A stretch of 64,000 bases of DNA, taken from positions 28,148,001 to 28,212,000 of the forward strand of contig OZ249439.1 of the NCBI GenBank assembly GCA_965235115.1, in the 5' to 3' direction. The DNA is from Laetmonice hystrix. Lineage: Eukaryota. Positions 58,201-64,000 of the stretch are shown here, piece by piece; positions within the stretch are counted from its first letter, which is position 1, and every line of letters begins with the position of its first letter. The position numbers and the translations under genes are program-made. Under the pieces are notes generated by a model, which was not told where the DNA came from, ran no database searches, and worked only from the letters and a program-made list of their open reading frames with translations.

Positions 58201-59601
58201 GCGCCATAAGCTGACTTGTCAGACTGGTGCATGATCTCTAATTAATTCATTTACGAAATCCGTTTTAATACGGTATTCAAATAAATTAGGAAGAATTCAA
58301 TCTCCAAAAACGTCCCTCTCTATAGGAATGAAGTATGAAATGGGCGTCTACATTTGTTCCTTATCATAAACTGGGAAACAACATTGGATGGATGATAAAA
58401 GCCGTAACTCTGATGTTTTGTTTTGGACGAATTGTCTCCGAGTTCCAAAAAGGAATTTTATTGACTCAACACATGAGCTTTGAGTCCTTTAACTTGTTTT
58501 TCTTTTAAAGACTCCAGTGATATTGAACGGCCCCAGAGATGAGTTTGATATATGCAGTCAGTCAGTCATGCGATTTTATAAGACCCCACTCGATCTTAAA
58601 CCATACAAGATGCAGTGATGCAGACTAGCATGGGTCTATGAATAATTCCACCTACGTACCTGGACGTCGACGGGTGTGATGCCGACGTCGAGGTTCCTCA
58701 TGAGGAAGCGCCGGGAGAGGGTAGTCGGGTGGTAGCAGTCGGGACAGGTACAGTTGTCTCTCATCCACAGGTACGGGTACTCGGTGGTCAGTCCGTTCTC
58801 CCACGATACCTCCAACCACCGCTTGGTGGCGTCGTTTAGGGTCCGCACGCTTCGAACGTCACATCCTGCAGCAGGACAAAATCAGAAAGTCATGAGGAGA
58901 ACACTATTTGCGGTGCTTGTAACAGTGGTGAGTTCTTGTTCAATGAGGAATCCGACAAGAAAAATGGGGGCGAAGGGCCTCTAGATCTCCTATACCACAC
59001 TAAGAGGTGAAACAGGCCACGTTCGCTGGGCCCCTCCGCCAAATGCCACCACAAAGGTCGATCCGTGTCCTGGGCATTGCCGAAGATTGCCGAAAGGACT
59101 CGAGTGTGAGAATGGCGACCCTGGTTCTGGTATTGTAGTTGTGGTGGTGGTGTGGAGATTATTAAGAGGAAGCAAGAGCGGTGAGGACCTACCTTTGGGG
59201 AAGGTGGGGTCTTTGATCCATCGGGGGAGGCCGGCGGTGGCCGCAGCCTGTGTCTGGTCCTGTGTCTGGTCCTGTGTCTGGACCTGTGTCCGGACCTGTG
59301 TCTGGTCCTGTGTCTGGACCTGTGTCTGGACCTGTGTCTGGGCCGTGCTCTGCCGTCGCCGCTGCTGGACCTCCTCCGCTGTCAGACCCGTGTGACAGGA
59401 ACATGAGATGCACTTGCCGCACGACTTCCTGTGGGTCGTAGTGGCCGCCGTCGCCTGGAAGGCCGCTGGAGTCTGGATGGCCGACACGACAGCCGGGCGC
59501 CGCCTCCCGGTGCTCCCGTTGGAGTCCAGGAGGTGACGCAAACTTTTGGTCCCCATGGCGGCCAGCCGCCTGCTGCCCGTGGAGAAAACCGTGGAGAGCA
59601 T
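55277..59601 (-). CDS. BBOX1: Gamma-butyrobetaine dioxygenase-like (Fe/2OG, carnitine biosynthesis), 532 aa; exons 59601-59193, 58865-58660, 57734-57543, 56654-56509, 56400-56295, 55912-55701, 55604-55277
   Basis: Zn site WMRDNCTCPDCY..WSDGH (BBOX-type rather than TMLHE-type), GLHIDL (HxD), QLLHCLKQ..GG.N.FCDGF, FHNFRVLHGR, RHLQGGFIDWD; six GT-AG introns in phase. Confidence 0.92.
57040..57320. repeat. Dispersed unclassified repeat in BBOX1 intron 3 (copies near 13262-13430, 61438-61690, 61905-62190)
   Basis: Shared core GAGGACATT..AACACTTG..CTGTATCTTGTTGGAGAAATA..GGCCAATCA(G/C)A..GCTCTCTT. Confidence 0.7.
59247..59342 (-). repeat. Coding 12-bp tandem repeat x8 in BBOX1 exon 1
   Basis: CCTGTGTCTGG(T/A) units encode AQTQ-VQTQ-VQTQ-DQTQ-VRTQ-VQTQ-DQTQ-DQTQ. 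Confidence 0.95.
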
Positions 59602-59742
59602 CTTGCTGACTTGGATTTATAGTTGGCCGGTTGTTGAAGTTGCGGGCCGCTGGGTTTCCTCTGATGCGCTGGCTGGCTGGCTTGCTGGCTGGCTGGCTGT
59701 GGACTCCTCAGCTGTAGTTGTGGCCTGACTGTGGCCACTGGG

Positions 59743-59749
59743 TTATATA
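59743..59749 (-). promoter_or_regulatory. Candidate TATA box of the BBOX1-like gene
   Basis: TATATAA on minus about 145 nt upstream of the ATG, with CACCC/GGGTG boxes at about 59770-59800. Confidence 0.4.
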
Positions 59750-60195
59750 CCCACCGGCTCCAGCCCCTAGACCCACCCTCCTCCAACCTGCACCCACCCA
59801 TTTATACTTCACAGTATTTGACCTCTCCAAGGAGCGCCCTGTATTGCCTCAGCGTCTACAGGCTTTCCGTATAGTGAAAGAACTCGGAAGAGTCCACCCT
59901 GACATCAGTTCCACGCGGTAGACTGTATTTTCGCTAAGTCAATCATAATTTACACTTCCTCGTTGTTATGATACGCACGTAAGATACTCACCTGACACGA
60001 GGGCCTACATACATGCATGCCGCACTGGCACCGTGCGTCAATAGTCGCGTCACATTCGCACCTCAAATATGCTATTTGAAATCATTTTAAAAGCCAGTGT
60101 TGATGCTACAACATGCATGGCAGGCACCTAAAAAGAGAAGGTTTAGTATCATGGACTTATAAAAGACGCAAAAACTTATAGGAGGTTAGACACTA

Positions 60196-60392
60196 TAGAG
60201 TGAGTAAAAAAAAACTAGACACTTTTTAAAAGGCCCACTGTTTCATTGTGTACCAATATAGACATGACTGGTATACCAAAAGATGCAGGAAGGGTTGCTG
60301 CATAAGTACAAGCAAAAATATATTGTATAATATTGGTACACAATAAAACAATGGGCCTTTTAAAAAGTGTCTAGTTTTTTTGACTCACCCTG
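60196..60392. mobile_element. Tc1/mariner-type MITE
   Basis: TA|TAGAGTGAGTAAAAAAAAACTAGACACTTTTTAAAAGGCCCA..TGGGCCTTTTAAAAAGTGTCTAGTTTTTTTGACTCACCCTG|TA. Confidence 0.85.
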
Positions 60393-60619
60393 TACATAAA
60401 TCTTTATGACTCATCGATGCAAGAGCATAGAGATAGAAAACGAAATGAAAATGTGCCTTTGGGAAGACGACCTGCAATTATGTCGGCATGTCGTAACTGG
60501 ACCACGCAAGCAAGAAATCTTCCGAGAGACCAGGGGAATTCTAGCTTGTTCTGTCTCTTCCGACGCGTTTTCACGTATAGAATTATGTTTCATTGTGTTT
60601 TGTGACACCTCTGCTTATG

Positions 60620-60820
60620 GGCCTGATCCATTAAGGCGATTTTCCTTGCGACGTCCATGCGATTTTGACATCACTCTTTTATTTTACTGTGATTTTCAGA
60701 TTAAAGGATGGAACCCCTAAACAGGGAAGACCAGCCATGAAAAACTTCTGAGTGAAATTCCACCATTAAATCAGAATTCGCATGGCCGTCGCAAGGGGAA
60801 TCGCATTAATGAATCAGACC
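60620..60820. mobile_element. Harbinger-like MITE, diverged (second copy about 52557-52743)
   Basis: Imperfect TIR GGCCTGATCCATTAAGGCGATT / AATCGCATTAATGAATCAGACC; body shared with 52557-52743; no clean TSD. Confidence 0.6.
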
Positions 60821-61231
60821 AGTTTTTGTACTTCTTTCGCCACCAGAGCGAACATCCCTGATTTCTACTCAAAGCGTATGTTTACAGAATCAATAGGCCT
60901 ATGATAAGATATCAGTGCCATGAAGTACGGCAATGATGAGGAGGTAGGCACAACCCTGTAGATTCTAGTCGATTCCGCCAGTGATAAAACCTCGTTCAGC
61001 TCAGCGACCCACAGAAGCGCTTTGTTTGCCAAAGCCTGCCGCAGACGCTGCGACAAGCGGACAATTCTGTCCGACGACAACTGGAAACACTCGCCAGAGA
61101 CTGTTTCCAAAAATCAAACATGTTTGATATTTGTCTCCACTTGTTTTCATTTGTCGCAGCGTGGCGGGGGTTGGAGACAAGACACACGTTCCCTCCATTG
61201 GCCAATCAGCGCTGGCCGTCGCAGCTAGTGA

Positions 61232-61427
61232 TTTCAAAATGACAGCCTCCAGTTTTTCTTGGTGGAGGAAACCGGAGTACCCGGAGGAAACCACCGGCCT
61301 TCGGGAAGGAACTGACTGACAAACCTTTCACACATGCAGCCCTGGCCGGGGATCGAACTCGGATAGCGAGGCGTGAGGCGATGGTCCTAGGTGTCATGAG
61401 CCTGCACACTCGGCCACCCGAGGCCCC
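61232..61427 (-). mobile_element. tRNA-derived SINE with a Meta/V-type core
   Basis: A-box TGGCCGAGTG, B-box GAGTTCGATCC, then GGTTTCCTCCGGGTACTCCGGTTTCCTCCACCA, the core motif of V-/MetaSINE superfamilies. Confidence 0.8.
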
Positions 61428-64000
61428 AAGGCTAATCGAAGAGAGCGCTGTGATTGGCCTATCGAAAACATGACGCAAACGTCGAAGGTATAGTTCCGTG
61501 CCCTCCGTATTTCTCCAACAAGATACAGTTATTTTCGTCAATTCTTTTATAGTAAAATTTAATGTGTTAGGTAGGCCTAGATCTAAATGTCCTCGCTTTC
61601 TGGATGTAGACATGTTTGCCACGAGGAGTGATCAATCACTCCGTTGGCGCTGACCAACGAAACGCAACCGACTTCCTTCCGCATGTCGGGTTTCTCAAGT
61701 AAAGTTATGCTGCGTTCGGTAGTGCTCGTGAATACGACTCGTCTCGTGAGAAGTGGTCGTGAACCCGATTCGTGAGAAGCAAGAGCGTTCGGGTCGTTGT
61801 CACTAACCTGGTCCCCTGCCTACCATACGCATCCGCTATGTTAGGCGGTTTTCTGCCATGGCAGAAAACCGCGAAACGTAAGTGATCAAACTCCAAGCAC
61901 TTCCGCTTCCGTTCCTTTGGTCAACGTTAACGAAGTGACCGATCTGTTTGGAGTGTGGCCAACATGCCCATGCGTATGCAGACCGTAGCAGGTGTGGGGA
62001 CCGATGACGCTATGTTTACACCCAGAAAAGCGAGGACATTTAACACTTGTTTTTTTAAAGGGATTGACGACAATCTCTGTATCTTGTTGGAGAAATATGG
62101 TGGATACGGAACTACCTCGTTTGCGGCCATGTTTTCGATGGGCCAATCACAATGCTCTCTTCGATTAGCCTTCACCAGGCTCGAGCCAATATAGAGCTGG
62201 GGACCAGGCTACGTTGTCACCACCAGCCTGAAGTCTGAACTCGTACGGTTCGGATGTGAAGGTGGAGGTCACAAAGTGGTTCTTCACCAGAACCTCCGAG
62301 TTCACGAGTGGTGCTCGTGAGCTCGTTACTAAACGCAGCATTACCCCGCACCTGTCCTCACATAGCGGACGTGTCTGTTAGGCAGGGGACCAGTCTACCG
62401 TGGACGCCGCATGGACTCGCCATTTCGTTCAAGAAGAAAATGTATCCATTTATACGTGCGATACCTTGCGATGGTTGGCGACATAAATCTCCTGGCGTCG
62501 CCTAGTGTGCGCAGTCGTCTCCAAGTGTGCGGGGTTATGAAACAAGTGGCGACTTTTGTCTCCGGCGACAAAAATCTCCACTAGTCCATGAATGGGCAGA
62601 AACATAATATAAGGCCTAGGCTTAAAATATATAAATATGATCATAATTGGATGATAAAAATAACATCGTCCATAATTTAGGGGGGCTAGAACCCCCTTAG
62701 ACCCCCCCTGGATCCGCCAGTGTTGTCGCAGAGTCTGCGGCAGAGAATTCCTTGTCTACTATAGAAGACAGCTGTCTGGTTCTCCTTTAGCACGCTTCAA
62801 CGGTTATCTTTGCCGAAGGACTATTCTATAGGTATGGACTTAATCCAAGTGATGATTCACTTCTCATGTTCACAGAGCAAAGTTATGGACCATAGCCGTC
62901 CCCGCGGGGTGCGAACAACACCCCCCCCCCCCCCACCCACCCACCCACACACCCGCACACCCCACCCCCTAAAGTTTTCAAGTTCATAGGTGCAAAATGT
63001 GCAAAAAACGGAATTAAGCCTAATTAAACGAAAGCCTAGTAGGCCTATAGGCTTACTTATCCGAATCGGCAAACAAGCCATTTTTGTCCTAATTTTTCTA
63101 CTGGCAGCTCTGTGCTGACCAGGTGCCCCCTGGTTGAATTAGACCCACCCTTTGGAAATCCTGTTGACGCCTATGTGGACGGTTCTGAAAACGTCAGCAC
63201 ATATTCAATCTTTCATTCCATTTTGTTCATCTTCTTAGTAACAACCGTACGTCTATAGAAATTAAGAATGCATTAAAAATGACTAATATCCCCCAAAACA
63301 TTTACGATTTCCTACAATTCTTGTCTTGGCAATCTATCTGGAGACAGTTCTCCTGAGAAATCTAAGTCGGCTGCATTTGCTCTGACTCGGCTGTTTTCCA
63401 AAACAAAACATCGTGACGGCCGGCAAACGTTGTGGCTAAAAATAATCTATACTACATTATTAGTATTTTGTATCATCCCCTCTGGACGCGAGCCCTCTAA
63501 TACTGTGCCCATCCTAGACTGGCATTTGGCGGCAATGTGTTTGACAGTTCGTGATGGCTAGGACAATCGGAGACTAAAACATCACGAGATGGGCCAGCCT
63601 TTACGGAGTCTCGTCACCTCTCGTGACGGGCGTGTGTAACGCTGCCGATGGTCAACACCGTAGCGTGCGGTGCCGCGCCTTCGTTTGTGTATATCGTCAC
63701 GCATGAGGGCGCTGCGACGGTGCCGTGAAATTTAGTCATAGCGGTCACAGCAAATAACCTCACATATGTGGGGCTGGAGGAGGCGACGGTTAACAGGTAT
63801 ATTTGACAAAAGGCTGGCTTTCTTTAAAACGTTATATATTTTGCCCCCCCCCCCCCCCCCCCACCAAATCTCTGCACTGCCCATCGTTTATCATATGAAG
63901 AAGCCATGACGTGAAAACTGGTAAGACTTTCCCAGTTGTGACGATCCTTTCGGATTTAGACCAAGTCTTCCCTCGAAGATAATGGATTCGAACACTTTTT

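Noticed and set aside
61330-61427. tRNA gene
   Set aside because: A and B boxes are present but there is no full cloverleaf, and it runs into a SINE core.

Overview
Repeat-rich animal genomic DNA with spliceosomal introns, probably from a marine invertebrate bilaterian (inferred from TE and GPCR families; species not determinable). It is not prokaryotic, and I found no CRISPR, rRNA or tRNA genes. 1-10.3 kb is a nest of LTR retroelements on the minus strand: a decayed BEL/Pao element split by a near-intact Ty1/copia (178-bp LTRs, one nonsense codon), then a truncated Gypsy-like gag hit by Harbinger-type MITEs. Four host genes can be modelled with GT-AG junctions and consistent phase: a 2-exon orphan 7TM GPCR (+, 319 aa) with an upstream deleted duplicate; a 10-exon SLC3A1/rBAT-like GH13 type II membrane protein (-, 681 aa); a 4-exon KLF5 orthologue (+, 604 aa); and a 7-exon BBOX1-like dioxygenase (-, 532 aa). 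33.6-54.8 kb has no recognisable gene and is filled with MITEs, a foldback element, minisatellites and a 142-N gap. The most unusual structure is in the SLC3-like gene: its exon-2 splice acceptor plus 40 nt of exon is tandemly amplified 16 times, each copy an AG|GT site. A second minisatellite is anchored on the exon-5 donor, and the GH13 catalytic-region aspartates are replaced by glutamates. All coordinates were read by hand; family assignments come from motif recognition, not database searches.
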